Positions 17,280-26,543 of a stretch of 64,000 bases of DNA are shown here, piece after piece. Source of the DNA: a virus. Positions within the stretch are counted from its first letter, which is position 1; every line of letters begins with the position of its first letter. The translations under genes and the position numbers were made by a program. Where the stretch lies: positions 1-64,000 of IMG/VR virus record IMGVR_UViG_3300009184_000038; one strand, given 5' to 3'. Below the pieces are notes generated by a model. That model saw only the letters and a list, made by a program, of their open reading frames with translations, was not told the origin of the DNA and ran no database searches.

Positions 17280-17553
17280 CGATGATGTCTCCTTTGGTAG
17301 TGTTCATTCTACCAAGACGAAGCTCCCTCTCGGCGGGATGCCAGCCCGCCCGAATCTTCGCGCATTCCAGGCGAATCTGGGCCGGCGTCGGCAGATAGCA
17401 CTCTGGTGCCGTTCGCTCGGGCAAGCATAAAAACGCTGCTGCCGCAGCGAGGTCGTCTGCCGTGAAATCCAGTTCAACGCAGATTTCTTCTGCCGTTGAG
17501 TCGCCCTTCCAGAGCCGTCGCAAACTACGCTTCTGGTTGGCGGTCAATTTCAT
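17200..17553 (-). CDS. HTH protein (GcrA-like N-terminus), paralog of 19870-20205
   Basis: LRRLWK...EEICVEL...PTPAQI...IRAGWHPAERELR. Confidence 0.6.
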   Translation of the reverse strand: MKLTANQKRSLRRLWKGDSTAEEICVELDFTADDLAAAAAFLCLPERTAPECYLPTPAQIRLECAKIRAGWHPAERELRLGRMNTTKGDIIDAGRSTAGDSSDGSAADDQQRRRNRR

Positions 17554-18419
17554 GGCAGGATGGCGATGTACCTCGAGCCGGGGTTCATGAAGAGCTGGTA
17601 GCCGGCCTTCTGCATGGCCTTGTGTAGCGGCACATGCTCACAGTCGCTGCCGTCGTAGACGCCGGCTAGGAACGCCTCTCTGCGGTAGAGGCAGAGGCCG
17701 CCGAACGCGGAGTTCATCGGGATCGGCGGCGAGCCGGCCGGCGGGAGGAGCGCATGGAACCAGTTGTGATCTCGGCGATCCTCCCACCAATTAAGCCTCG
17801 CCGCCCACGCATCGTACCCCGCGATCCCAAAGCCGCCGCCCTCCTGGCGGACGAACAGCGAGTAACTCGCCATCGCCCCCGGCTCACGCCGATGGAAAGA
17901 CTCACCCATCATCTCGCAGAACCAGCCGAGGCTGTTGAGCACGCCGTCGACGCTGAACCCGCCGTGCGGGTCGGTGTCCAGCACCATCACATAGCTCGCG
18001 TCAGCGGCATTTAGCCGTACCCACTCCTGGCAGCGGGCGCGGCATTTTGCCAACCGCTCCGTCCGCTCGGGCTCAAAGCCTCGAGCATCCAGGCCGCCGA
18101 GGGTGTCGTGATCGACGGTCACCCACTGGCGAATGGCGAAGTCGTCGAGCACGGCGGCCGTCTCGTCAGTCGAATCGTTCTCATAAACGTAGTAGACGCA
18201 GTCGCGCCACAACCCCGCCAGCTCGTCGACGAGTCTCAACGTGTTCTTTAAGTGCGGCATCGAGTTGCGGGCGATGCTGACGATCGCCAGCTTGCGGCGG
18301 CGGGCCTCGACGCGGCCGAACTCAACCCGCTCGCGGAAGCCGGCAGCGTATTTCTCGCCGATAGACCAGAAATCCTCTGGCCTGCTGATCTTCATGCCTG
18401 GGCAGTAGGTGAACTTCAC
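17550..18419 (-). CDS. Glycosyltransferase, GT-A fold (CAP59/GT69-like)
   Basis: SIARN, VYENDSTDET, RTERLAKCR, VLDTD (DxD), SAFGGLCLY, DCEH, FMNP. Confidence 0.82.
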   Translation of the reverse strand: MKFTYCPGMKISRPEDFWSIGEKYAAGFRERVEFGRVEARRRKLAIVSIARNSMPHLKNTLRLVDELAGLWRDCVYYVYENDSTDETAAVLDDFAIRQWVTVDHDTLGGLDARGFEPERTERLAKCRARCQEWVRLNAADASYVMVLDTDPHGGFSVDGVLNSLGWFCEMMGESFHRREPGAMASYSLFVRQEGGGFGIAGYDAWAARLNWWEDRRDHNWFHALLPPAGSPPIPMNSAFGGLCLYRREAFLAGVYDGSDCEHVPLHKAMQKAGYQLFMNPGSRYIAILP

Positions 18420-19033
18420 GATATAGCCTTGATCATGGCGGCCTTGCGGTCGGGGAAACACGTCGCGTGGAAGAAGCGACCGCCATCGACCCCACGGGGG
18501 TCGTTGACGTGCGGATTCCACTCATACGGCAACTCAGCCCAGGCTCGGCCCGCCGGCGCCGCGACGGGGGTTGCGTCGGGATCGCCGCCGAGGGCGGCGA
18601 TCAGAGCCGCCTGCTCCCACCAGCAGGCAGATCGGCGAAAGCCGTTGAGCGGCCAGAGGCTCTCAAGCATCTTGGCGGCCTCGGCCCGCACGAGCCATAC
18701 GCCGCAGTTCGGGACGGCTCCGTCTCCGGTGTTGTGTATCACCATCCCCATCGGGGCGGCGGCCGGCAGATCGTCGAGGATATCCTTGTCGTACTCGAAA
18801 ACGGCGACATCGGCGTCCAGCCAGAGCACGGCGTCGTAGCCGCCCCGCAGGAGAGAGACGATCAGTGGTATCTTGCCCCACGAAACGTGCCGACCGATGC
18901 CAGCGAACTGCTGCCCCGACGGGACGAACAGGTCATACCCATGCGTCTGCGCGTACCACGCGAACGTCGGCAGCGACACGTCCAGCAGCTCGGCCATCGG
19001 CCCGAGGCCGAATGTCGTGAGTACCTTCTTCAT
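18416..19033 (-). CDS. Glycosyltransferase (GT34, GMA12/MNN10-like)
   Basis: YAQTHGYDL, SWGKIPLI, WLDAD (DxD), PNCGVWLVR, WWEQAAL. Confidence 0.82.
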   Translation of the reverse strand: MKKVLTTFGLGPMAELLDVSLPTFAWYAQTHGYDLFVPSGQQFAGIGRHVSWGKIPLIVSLLRGGYDAVLWLDADVAVFEYDKDILDDLPAAAPMGMVIHNTGDGAVPNCGVWLVRAEAAKMLESLWPLNGFRRSACWWEQAALIAALGGDPDATPVAAPAGRAWAELPYEWNPHVNDPRGVDGGRFFHATCFPDRKAAMIKAIS

Positions 19034-19548
19034 TTCCACCCCATGAAAAGCACGCGACCTTTACCGTCGGCGTCGGTCGCCGTATGCGAGAACTTCGCCG
19101 CCACCGCGGCCTGCATCTCAGGTGTGAGCTGCTCGTAGTCGTGGATCGCCAGACCGCTCGCGATCTCGGCACACCCGAGGTACTCGAAGAGCGCCGCTGG
19201 CCCGTGAACCGCGTCGTGGAAGATGAAGTCGAACTGCCCCGGCAGGCAGGAGGCCAGGAAGCCGCCGGCACTGGATGCCACAGGATTGATGTTCGTCAGC
19301 CCAAGCGTGGCCCAGTAGACCGTCCGCATGGCCTCCGAGACCGTGTCGCACAGGTCGACGGCGGTGATCGTGCTCCTGGGAGCCGCCCAGGCCATTGCCG
19401 CGGCCGACCTCCCCTCGTGGCTGCCTAGCTCAAGGATACGCCACGCCTGACCTTCGACGGCCTCGCAGAGCATCCGAATGTGCTTGCGGTCTGTCGTCAT
19501 CGGGTGCGAGTCGTCAAGGAAATCGACGAATTCACGCCAGCCTGTCAT
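19030..19548 (-). CDS. Class I SAM-dependent methyltransferase (Methyltransf_24-like)
   Basis: ILELGSHEGRS, ITAVD, FDFIFHDAVH, IHDY. Confidence 0.82.
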   Translation of the reverse strand: MTGWREFVDFLDDSHPMTTDRKHIRMLCEAVEGQAWRILELGSHEGRSAAAMAWAAPRSTITAVDLCDTVSEAMRTVYWATLGLTNINPVASSAGGFLASCLPGQFDFIFHDAVHGPAALFEYLGCAEIASGLAIHDYEQLTPEMQAAVAAKFSHTATDADGKGRVLFMGWK

Positions 19549-19838
19549 TGAAGAGTCTCCAGAAACGCCTTGGCCTCGGCCGCCGAGGTGACGACGGCCA
19601 CAGGGCATCCTGCCGATGCGAGTTCCCGCATCCGGTGATTCTGGATTTTCGTCGGCTCTTCGCCTGGGCGTTTGCACTCGAGCCAGACGGCTCGACCATC
19701 CTTGATCATGAGCACGTCGGGCACGCCCGACATGGTGAATGCGTTCCCGTGGAACTTCGTCACCCAGAAGCCCGAGGCGCGTCCTTGCGCCATAACTTTT
19801 GCAACTATGGTTCGCTCCAGGGGAGCTTTCCGCTGCAT
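19545..19838 (-). CDS. VRR-NUC domain nuclease
   Basis: LERTI, SGVPDVL, WLECKRPG..PTKIQ. Confidence 0.88.
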   Translation of the reverse strand: MQRKAPLERTIVAKVMAQGRASGFWVTKFHGNAFTMSGVPDVLMIKDGRAVWLECKRPGEEPTKIQNHRMRELASAGCPVAVVTSAAEAKAFLETLQ

Positions 19839-19869
19839 TCCTTGATTGTCTTACACGGTGGCTTGACGG

Positions 19870-20205
19870 TCAAGTCGAAAAGACGTACTGCTCGCTGTGG
19901 AAGTAGAAGTGCGGAGCCTCGACAGGCTTGCGTCGGCAGCCGACTCGTCTGGCCTCGCGCTCTGCGGGCGTCCACGTCGCGCGGATGGCGGCGGTCGCTG
20001 CGGCGATCTCTTCCAAAGTCGGGTCGGGCGTCTCAGTGTTCCTGGCTGCGCTGAATCGATGCGGCCGGATGCCCAGCGCGTGCTTGCGGGCGAGGTTGAA
20101 CAAGTGGCCGCGGGTACAGCCGAGTTCAGCACAAATCTGATCGCTCTTCATCTCGCTCTTCCAGAGACGGGCAAGTTGTTTCAGGTCAATCGGCGGGCAG
20201 TGCAT
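19870..20205 (-). CDS. HTH protein (GcrA-like N-terminus)
   Basis: LARLWK...DQICAELGCTR...PDPTLEEI...IRATWTPAEREAR; RBS AAGGAGG. Confidence 0.65.
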   Translation of the reverse strand: MHCPPIDLKQLARLWKSEMKSDQICAELGCTRGHLFNLARKHALGIRPHRFSAARNTETPDPTLEEIAAATAAIRATWTPAEREARRVGCRRKPVEAPHFYFHSEQYVFST

Positions 20206-20304
20206 GAGGTTTCCTCCTTGAAGAATGGGACTACGGTCGAACAATATTCGGGTCGAAGATGTCGCTGGCTGCGACAGGTTCAGCGGACGTGTCGTCATTT
20301 GGGT

Positions 20305-20616
20305 TTATTTGAGCCGCTCCAGCAGCGAGCGGAGCGTGGCGATCACGGTAGCGTCGTTCTCGCCGTGCATTGACGCCTCGATCGCCGCCCGCTCCTCGTC
20401 GGTGAGCGTGAAGTTCAACTCGCAATGCTGCGTCACCGTGCCGCGAACGTGCGGGCACACCGTTTCGCAGCCTTCTACTGCACCATTTCGCAGCCGCTCA
20501 ATCTCGTCGGCCGCTGCCTCAAACAACTCTCCCCCGTGAGCGAGGTGCAGGCCACGCCAGTGGCGAAGCCGAGAGACGATGTCTCCCTCGTAGGCCCGTC
20601 GGTCAATGGTGTTCAT
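20305..20616 (-). CDS. Mosaic paralog family protein
   Basis: DIVSRLR...AADEIERLR...LTDEERAAIE...ATLRSLLERLK. Confidence 0.7.
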   Translation of the reverse strand: MNTIDRRAYEGDIVSRLRHWRGLHLAHGGELFEAAADEIERLRNGAVEGCETVCPHVRGTVTQHCELNFTLTDEERAAIEASMHGENDATVIATLRSLLERLK

Positions 20617-20707
20617 TTCATCCTCTCGAGCAGCCTGCGGAGCGCGGCCGCCTGGCACATCCAGCACCGAGTCCACCGACCGCCGCACCTGTGGCACACG
20701 CCTCGGT

Positions 20708-21112
20708 TCATTTGAGACGCTCCAGCAGCGAGCGGAGCGTGGCGGCGTGATTGCTCCAGTTGTTTGACCACGGGGCGAGGGGGCCGTCGCCAATCTGCGA
20801 GAACCACTCAACCGCCTCCCGCTCGTCTTCTCTGAGCCGCAGCAGCTCAATCTCATCCGCCATCGCAGTCGCATATTTCACGCCGCACCCAGCCTCGTCT
20901 TCGGGCCATGTGGGATTGAGGCCAGCGCGATCCCACGCGGCTTCAATGGCGATCTCGTCTTCAGCCCGCCGTGATGGCAACGCATAGAGCGGGACGACCG
21001 TCCAGCCCCACTCTCTGGCGGCGGCGTCTGCCTGCTCCTTCAGCAAGTAGACCGCAGAGCTTTCGCTGCCATCAGTGGCAACGGCAATCCATGCGGCGGG
21101 TTCTTTGCTCAT
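20708..21112 (-). CDS. Mosaic paralog family protein
   Basis: EPAAW...VVPLY...ADEIELLR..DEREAVE...ATLRSLLERLK. Confidence 0.7.
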   Translation of the reverse strand: MSKEPAAWIAVATDGSESSAVYLLKEQADAAAREWGWTVVPLYALPSRRAEDEIAIEAAWDRAGLNPTWPEDEAGCGVKYATAMADEIELLRLREDEREAVEWFSQIGDGPLAPWSNNWSNHAATLRSLLERLK

Positions 21113-21365
21113 TTCGCACACCTTGCAAAACACGTTTTGGAATCCACAGCTTTGTTGGCCCTTTTTGTTTCTTTCCTCGCGGCGAAAACACTTTTGATGG
21201 CCCAGCGAACAACGGCATAACCCGCACCGGCCCTACGCTATAGCCAGCAATGAAATCGCCCCACCACATGGCTTCTGCTTTTGTCCTGTAGACGTGCGAT
21301 AGGTCAATGGGTGAACGCTTTTCGTCTACAACGCACCATGCAATGGGTTTCCGTCTTACTGCCAT
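21072..21365 (-). CDS. Hypothetical protein
   Basis: KPIAW...VMPLF, related to the N-terminal module of the adjacent gene. Confidence 0.55.
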   Translation of the reverse strand: MAVRRKPIAWCVVDEKRSPIDLSHVYRTKAEAMWWGDFIAGYSVGPVRVMPLFAGPSKVFSPRGKKQKGPTKLWIPKRVLQGVRNEQRTRRMDCRCH

Positions 21366-21383
21366 AGCGTCACTCGTTTGATG

Positions 21384-22106
21384 TCATTTGCGCATACGCG
21401 CCAGAAATGCCTTCAGTGTTGCCGCGACCTCCTCGTACTTGGCATCCGCCGTGAGGCGACTGTAAGCCAATGCAATCGCCTCTCGCTCTGCGTCAGAAAG
21501 AACTCGCGACTCCAGCAATTCGATGTGCCGCGCCAGTCGGTACATCACGCCAGCCGTCTGTCGCGACCACTGATCGAACGTCTTGCAGACGCCTTGCAGA
21601 TTCTCAGCCGCCTGATAAGCGATGCCAGCCATGCCGACGGTGCCCTCGCCATGCACACTACCCTCGCTTGGTGTATCGTCCCGATCCGTATTAGTGTTCG
21701 TGCGTTTTTCGTCGCCTTCATCATATGATGGGCTCTCCCATTCCGGCCGCAGCCTGACGAGCAGCGACCGCATTACGCCGTAGACGCTCATGCTGGCGAT
21801 TCTGCCGTCCTCGACCACACACTCAATCGCATCAATCTCGGCTTCAGAAAGATTGCCGGTGCCCATAGCGGGTAGCGTCACGGGTTTATCAGTCCCGCCG
21901 CATCCGCCCCCATTCCCCAGTGGAACTGAGGATTCAGATGGGTCTGTACGGGCTATCGCTTCCGGCACAGCGTCATGATTTGTTCGCCCCCGCTCGCGGA
22001 TCATGGCGTCGGCCATTTCGTAACACGATTTTGCAATCTGCTCGTAGCCGAGAACGCCCATCCCGCGAGTTAAAGCTGCGGCGGCGAAATAGTCACGGTC
22101 AGTCAT
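21384..22106 (-). CDS. Mosaic paralog family protein
   Basis: MTDRDYFAAAAL...YEMADAMIRER...HDAVPEA...LSDAEREAI...ATLKAFLARMRK. Confidence 0.7.
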   Translation of the reverse strand: MTDRDYFAAAALTRGMGVLGYEQIAKSCYEMADAMIRERGRTNHDAVPEAIARTDPSESSVPLGNGGGCGGTDKPVTLPAMGTGNLSEAEIDAIECVVEDGRIASMSVYGVMRSLLVRLRPEWESPSYDEGDEKRTNTNTDRDDTPSEGSVHGEGTVGMAGIAYQAAENLQGVCKTFDQWSRQTAGVMYRLARHIELLESRVLSDAEREAIALAYSRLTADAKYEEVAATLKAFLARMRK

Positions 22107-22561
22107 TTCAGTCGCTCCAGCAACCCGCAAAGCAGTCTTTTGTATTTTTCGCGGTTGTGGCTCTGAGTCAATCTGGTCAGCGGCTTTCGCAATTCCGCAA
22201 AACACTCAATCGCCTCCCGCTCCTCGTCGGTGAGGGCTGGTGTATTGCCGGTGCGAGGCAGCCCACGTTCGACTGACTCGCTTTGCGCCAGTAAGCTCCG
22301 CTCGGGCTCCCGAGTGCTTTGCTGGACGCACGCTTCCGGCACAGCGTCATGAGCTGGATGGTAGTATACAACGTCGCCAGTAGACAGAACCGCCGTGCGT
22401 GGTTGCGGCGTTGGCGAAGTTCGCTCCCGCTCACGGAGCATGGCGTCGGCCCACTCGTAGGCGCGAGCCGCGAAGCTGGGCATGGCGCATTCAGTTCGGT
22501 CGCCGTCGTCTGCAAGCAGGCCCGTCAACGCCGCTGCGGCAAATATGTCTCGGTCAGTCAT
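22103..22561 (-). CDS. Mosaic paralog family protein
   Basis: MTDRDIFAAAAL...YEWADAMLRER...HDAVPEA...LTDEEREAIE...LLERLK. Confidence 0.7.
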   Translation of the reverse strand: MTDRDIFAAAALTGLLADDGDRTECAMPSFAARAYEWADAMLRERERTSPTPQPRTAVLSTGDVVYYHPAHDAVPEACVQQSTREPERSLLAQSESVERGLPRTGNTPALTDEEREAIECFAELRKPLTRLTQSHNREKYKRLLCGLLERLK

Positions 22562-22878
22562 GTCGGCTCCTCCATCGGCACGAACTGGAGATCAAAGAGC
22601 TTCCCGTCACGATTTCGATAGACCATCTTCGATATCGACTCGTCTCTATTTCGCCACACCGCCATCATCCCCGGCACCACGCCCCACCGATTCGGGTTGT
22701 CTGCGTAGCATCGACAGGCTCTGAAGATGCGGCCGCTGTGCGTGTTAATCAAAAACGACCCGTCAAATCCCGCATACGCTGGCGTGACGCACGGCTCTGA
22801 CTTGGCGGCTGGCTGCGAGGCGACCGCGCCTGCGGCGAATGACGAGAGCCACGAGAAGAAACTGCGGCGATCCATCAC
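22558..22878 (-). CDS. Protein with Tat-like signal peptide
   Basis: MDRRSFFSWLSSFAAGAVA. Confidence 0.65.
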   Translation of the reverse strand: MMDRRSFFSWLSSFAAGAVASQPAAKSEPCVTPAYAGFDGSFLINTHSGRIFRACRCYADNPNRWGVVPGMMAVWRNRDESISKMVYRNRDGKLFDLQFVPMEEPT

Positions 22879-23285
22879 TTCACCTCCGGTGTCGCGCCGC
22901 CAAGAAAATTCATCTTCTTTAACGTCAGCGTGATTGCACTCTCTATTGATTTGCGGTCTTGGTCAGTGAGCATGAATTTGGCTTCAGGTGGCTCGGGCAG
23001 TGGCATCCAGTGCGAAGCACACCACGCTCCGCGCTCGGTAGAGAACCAGCCGCCACGCTTGTTAAATGTGGCTTCGCCAACCTGTCCAGTCATGCCGCCA
23101 CCTTCAAAGCAGGCGATCACACTTTGCCCGTCTTCGGGCAGTTGCTCCGAAACAGGAATCCAGCAGCGTTCTTTTCGCAGCCGCTTGATTTCAACAACAG
23201 CATCTTCCAGAAGCGGCGGCGCGTCTGTGTCCCAGAACGTGTCGTGCCGAAATGACTCCTCTATGCGTTCGACGATGTCAGTCAT
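22875..23285 (-). CDS. DUF551-domain protein
   Basis: WIPVSEQLPE...SHWMPLPEPP. Confidence 0.8.
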   Translation of the reverse strand: MTDIVERIEESFRHDTFWDTDAPPLLEDAVVEIKRLRKERCWIPVSEQLPEDGQSVIACFEGGGMTGQVGEATFNKRGGWFSTERGAWCASHWMPLPEPPEAKFMLTDQDRKSIESAITLTLKKMNFLGGATPEVK

Positions 23286-23614
23286 TCGGCACCTCGTGTT
23301 CCTTGTATGACTCGACTCCTCAGTCTTTCAAGTTCCTCTTCCGCCCTTGCGAGCCTCACCGCCACCGCCCGATACGGATCAGGCTGAAAGCTGTCGCCGG
23401 TTCTCTTGTGGACGAACTCGCCGCAGATGCTGTCTCGCGACGTGCGAGGGTGCTTCCACTCCAAGGCTCCCAGCACCGGGATAGACGGCGGATAGCGGTA
23501 GCACTCGCCGACCTTCTCGTCGCCGTCCACGGCAAACCATCCACAGTTCTCGCAGACTTTGCGGCTCTTGCCCTGCTCGTCGGCGAGCTTCTTGATTTGC
23601 TCGAAGTCTTTCAT
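23282..23614 (-). CDS. Cys-motif hypothetical protein
   Basis: CENCGWF...GECYRYPP...CGEF. Confidence 0.65.
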   Translation of the reverse strand: MKDFEQIKKLADEQGKSRKVCENCGWFAVDGDEKVGECYRYPPSIPVLGALEWKHPRTSRDSICGEFVHKRTGDSFQPDPYRAVAVRLARAEEELERLRSRVIQGTRGAE

Positions 23615-23865
23615 GTCTTTCCCCAGTGAAACATCATGACTCCGATTGCCATGCACGACAGGCCAATAGGCATCGACATGAACAGCCAGACAAACGGCAA
23701 CGCAGCACCGGCACTCAAGTCTTTATCGATCGGACACGCAAGGACGTTGATGATGTACCAATTTAGGTACGGCTGGTTGAGCGTGAAGAGCGGGGCGGGC
23801 CACGCCACCAAGCATGCGCCGAGGCATAGAAGGACGAAGCCGATGAAGGTGGCGAGACTCTTCAT
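23611..23865 (-). CDS. Two-TM membrane protein
   Basis: Two long hydrophobic segments. Confidence 0.6.
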   Translation of the reverse strand: MKSLATFIGFVLLCLGACLVAWPAPLFTLNQPYLNWYIINVLACPIDKDLSAGAALPFVWLFMSMPIGLSCMAIGVMMFHWGKT

Positions 23866-24215
23866 GCCCAAGTCACCGTGATCCTCATGAGTTCGCCCGC
23901 AGTCACAGCGTAGCTCACGTTGATTGGGCGCAGCTTCTTGGTGTATGTCTCGACCATCAAAGTGTCGTCCCCATTCTTGCCGCCGGGGGCGTGAACGTAC
24001 TCGACCTCGCAGTGCATTAGGCCGTCGTAGGTCTGGTGGCATGAGATCGAGGTGACGTGACACTCCTTGAGCATCGAGAGCAGATCGTTCTGCACCGCGA
24101 GCGGCTTAGGCAGTGCCTTGCCAGTCGCGACCTCTGTTCCAGTCGGCAGCTTCACGCCACTGGCGATAGCCGTCGTCACTGCCATCAGCGAACCGAGAAA
24201 GCCTCTGCGATCCAT
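23862..24215 (-). CDS. Protein with Tat-like signal peptide
   Basis: MDRRGFLGSLMAVTTAIASG. Confidence 0.68.
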   Translation of the reverse strand: MDRRGFLGSLMAVTTAIASGVKLPTGTEVATGKALPKPLAVQNDLLSMLKECHVTSISCHQTYDGLMHCEVEYVHAPGGKNGDDTLMVETYTKKLRPINVSYAVTAGELMRITVTWA

Positions 24216-24369
24216 TACTTCACCTTCCCTTTCGGCGCTTTCCAAAACTTAGGGTCGTCGAACTTCTTGAACATCTCTAGCAGCATCGGCCTTTCGATCT
24301 TCTCCCAACACTCCTTCGCGAGCTTTTCGTCGTCGCGGCACCACCAGTACGGGTCGATTGGCTTCTCGC

Positions 24370-24594
24370 TCATCGGCCCTTCTCCATCTCAATGATCCTC
24401 TCATCAAGCGTCTTATTGACATCCCGCAACGCTTCGATCAGCACCCGCTGCTGCTTGTTCTCCTTGACCAACGCATGGAGCCTGTTCTCGCGATGCGCAT
24501 AGGTGCCCCGATGCCGCTCAAGCTCGGCCTGAAGCTCGCGAACGACGCGGCGATTAAAAAGCCAGTCAGTAAGCTGACCAATCATGTAGATCAT
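24370..24594 (-). CDS. Hypothetical coiled-coil protein
   Basis: Coupled ORF. Confidence 0.6.
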   Translation of the reverse strand: MIYMIGQLTDWLFNRRVVRELQAELERHRGTYAHRENRLHALVKENKQQRVLIEALRDVNKTLDERIIEMEKGR

Positions 24595-24800
24595 GTTCGC
24601 TCCCAGGCGTTGACGGTCTCACTGTGACGCATGATCTGTTTGACCCGGTGGCCGTCGATCACCTCGTCCTTCCGGTAGACGTGGATGACGGCCCCAGCGG
24701 CCAGCGGCATCTCGATGCACTCGCGAAGCACGGGGCGGATAGCACCGTCGAGCGGGCCACCGACGAACTCGAGCTGGATGAAGTCTTTCATGGTTCTCAC
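24591..24800 (-). CDS. Hypothetical protein (FxGGPLDG motif)
   Basis: EFVGGPLDG. Confidence 0.6.
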   Translation of the reverse strand: MRTMKDFIQLEFVGGPLDGAIRPVLRECIEMPLAAGAVIHVYRKDEVIDGHRVKQIMRHSETVNAWERT

Positions 24801-24857
24801 TCGCGGGCCGGGGGCGGCGGCAGACGAGAACCGCCGCCCCCAGCGTGGCGAAGACGA

Positions 24858-25187
24858 TCAGTTGCCGCTGTAACGGAGGACGGCGAACCAGCCGCGGCGA
24901 GCCGGCGAGTAGCTCACGCCGCGTTCGACGATGCGGAGGCGGCCTCGGACGGCCTCGGAGTAGAAGCAAGCCGACTTCTCTGCGGCACTCGGGCTGACGG
25001 TCGAGAAACCGATGCCCTCTTTTTGGTTGCCCCTGAGAACTCGGCAATGCCTGAGCAAGCCCGTGCGGGCACAATCATCAGCCGTCTCCTGGGCACTGAC
25101 CACGGTGGTCGTCGTCACGATGACGTTCTCGGCCGAGGCGATTGTGGCGCAGCAGGCCACGGCGAAAGCAAGAAAAAAGGAACGCAT
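24858..25187 (-). CDS. Secreted Cys-containing protein
   Basis: Sec signal MRSFFLAFAVACCATIASA; RBS AAGGAGG. Confidence 0.72.
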   Translation of the reverse strand: MRSFFLAFAVACCATIASAENVIVTTTTVVSAQETADDCARTGLLRHCRVLRGNQKEGIGFSTVSPSAAEKSACFYSEAVRGRLRIVERGVSYSPARRGWFAVLRYSGN

Positions 25188-25255
25188 AGTCAATCCTCCT
25201 TGAAATGAAACGGGACACAAACCGGCAGGCATTGTCTGCAACAGTAGTGTGACTG

Positions 25256-25468
25256 TCAAGACTGATCCAACCCTTCGACGAACTTCCTCATCTCAGTCGC
25301 GTAGACCTCGACCGACTCTGCCAAGAGATAAGAAGCAGTCGCCAGACCGTGAGCATCAACTTGTTGCGCAGCCTTCGCAGTCGCCTTAATAGCCGGAATC
25401 GTCGTAGACAGCATCCTCTCAATGTTCATCATTCGCATAGCGATGAGGATTTTGTCTTCGGGTGTCAC
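25256..25468 (-). CDS. Hypothetical protein
   Basis: Coupled ORF. Confidence 0.55.
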   Translation of the reverse strand: MTPEDKILIAMRMMNIERMLSTTIPAIKATAKAAQQVDAHGLATASYLLAESVEVYATEMRKFVEGLDQS

Positions 25469-25869
25469 TTGCGTGCCTCACGCCACGTCCCGTCTGGCTT
25501 CCGGTCGAAGCTCGCGTAGAGAATCCCCAGGCGGCTGGCGAGCGATACCATCGCCGGCCGGAACACGGCGACGAACTCGTGATCGCGGAACACGCCTTCC
25601 GTCCGCAGGCCGGCGGTGCAGAGCGTAGCCACGCCGCGGCGGCGGTAGGCCGGCGATACGAACGCCTCGAGCGTCGGTATCTCATTCCATGCCTCGCTCC
25701 TGGCCCAGCCAATGATCTCGCCTTGATCCAGGCAGATGGCGATCGTGCCGGTCACGGTGCCGCCGAGCAGTGCCCGCTGGAACTCGCTTTCCGGTCGCGT
25801 CAGGTGGTCGGCGATGAATCGACGCTCTGAGGGTCGCAGAAGGTCGGTCTTGAGAACGAATAGCTCCAT
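25465..25869 (-). CDS. GNAT-family acetyltransferase
   Basis: EIIGWA...FVSPAYRRRGVAT (acetyl-CoA motif A). Confidence 0.82.
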   Translation of the reverse strand: MELFVLKTDLLRPSERRFIADHLTRPESEFQRALLGGTVTGTIAICLDQGEIIGWARSEAWNEIPTLEAFVSPAYRRRGVATLCTAGLRTEGVFRDHEFVAVFRPAMVSLASRLGILYASFDRKPDGTWREARK

Positions 25870-26543
25870 TACTTTTCAAGCTCCCGCAGCACGCCCTCGA
25901 TGATCGGGTGCCTGACAATGTCTGTGCCCTTGAACTCGACGACGCCAACGCCCTTCAGGCCCGACAACCGCTGCATCACGTCGATCAGACGCCGCTCGCT
26001 CCTGGGGAGGTCGGACTGGTCGGCATCGCCCGTGACGATGATCTGGCTGCCCGTACCGAGGCGGGTGAGAAAGAGCTTGAGTTGCCCGAACGTCGAATTC
26101 TGTGCTTCATCAAAAATCATGACAGAACGCGAGAATGTGCGGCCTCGAAGGTATGCGAGAGGCGCGATCTTCACCGCGCCGCTGATGCGGTCGCGGGTAT
26201 GGCCGCGCTTGCCGGCGATCCGCTCGAGCGCGTCGAAAAATGGCACGAGGTACGGGCCGACCTTCTCTTCTGCACTTCCAGGCAAGTAGCCGAGCTGCTC
26301 CGTCGCCACCGACGGTCGTGTGATCACGATGTTCTCCACCTTGCCGTCAACGAGCTGCTGGACGGCGTAACCGCTCGCCAAGTGTGTCTTCCCCGTGCCG
26401 GCTGGGCCGAGCACGAACGTAATCACGCTCCTGCTGATCACCTCGAGCGCGTGAGCCTGGGCCTTCGTGCGTGCGGCGTAGCCCTCCGGCGGCGGCGGCA
26501 GTGCGGGCTTCTTCTTGGATTGGCGTTCGCGCTTTCGGTTCAA
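25869..26543 (-). CDS. phoH: PhoH-family ATPase
   Basis: GPAGTGKT, ITRP, LGYLPG, PLAYLRGRTF, DEAQN, LTRLG, GDADQSD, DIVRHP. Confidence 0.95.
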   Translation of the reverse strand: MNRKRERQSKKKPALPPPPEGYAARTKAQAHALEVISRSVITFVLGPAGTGKTHLASGYAVQQLVDGKVENIVITRPSVATEQLGYLPGSAEEKVGPYLVPFFDALERIAGKRGHTRDRISGAVKIAPLAYLRGRTFSRSVMIFDEAQNSTFGQLKLFLTRLGTGSQIIVTGDADQSDLPRSERRLIDVMQRLSGLKGVGVVEFKGTDIVRHPIIEGVLRELEK

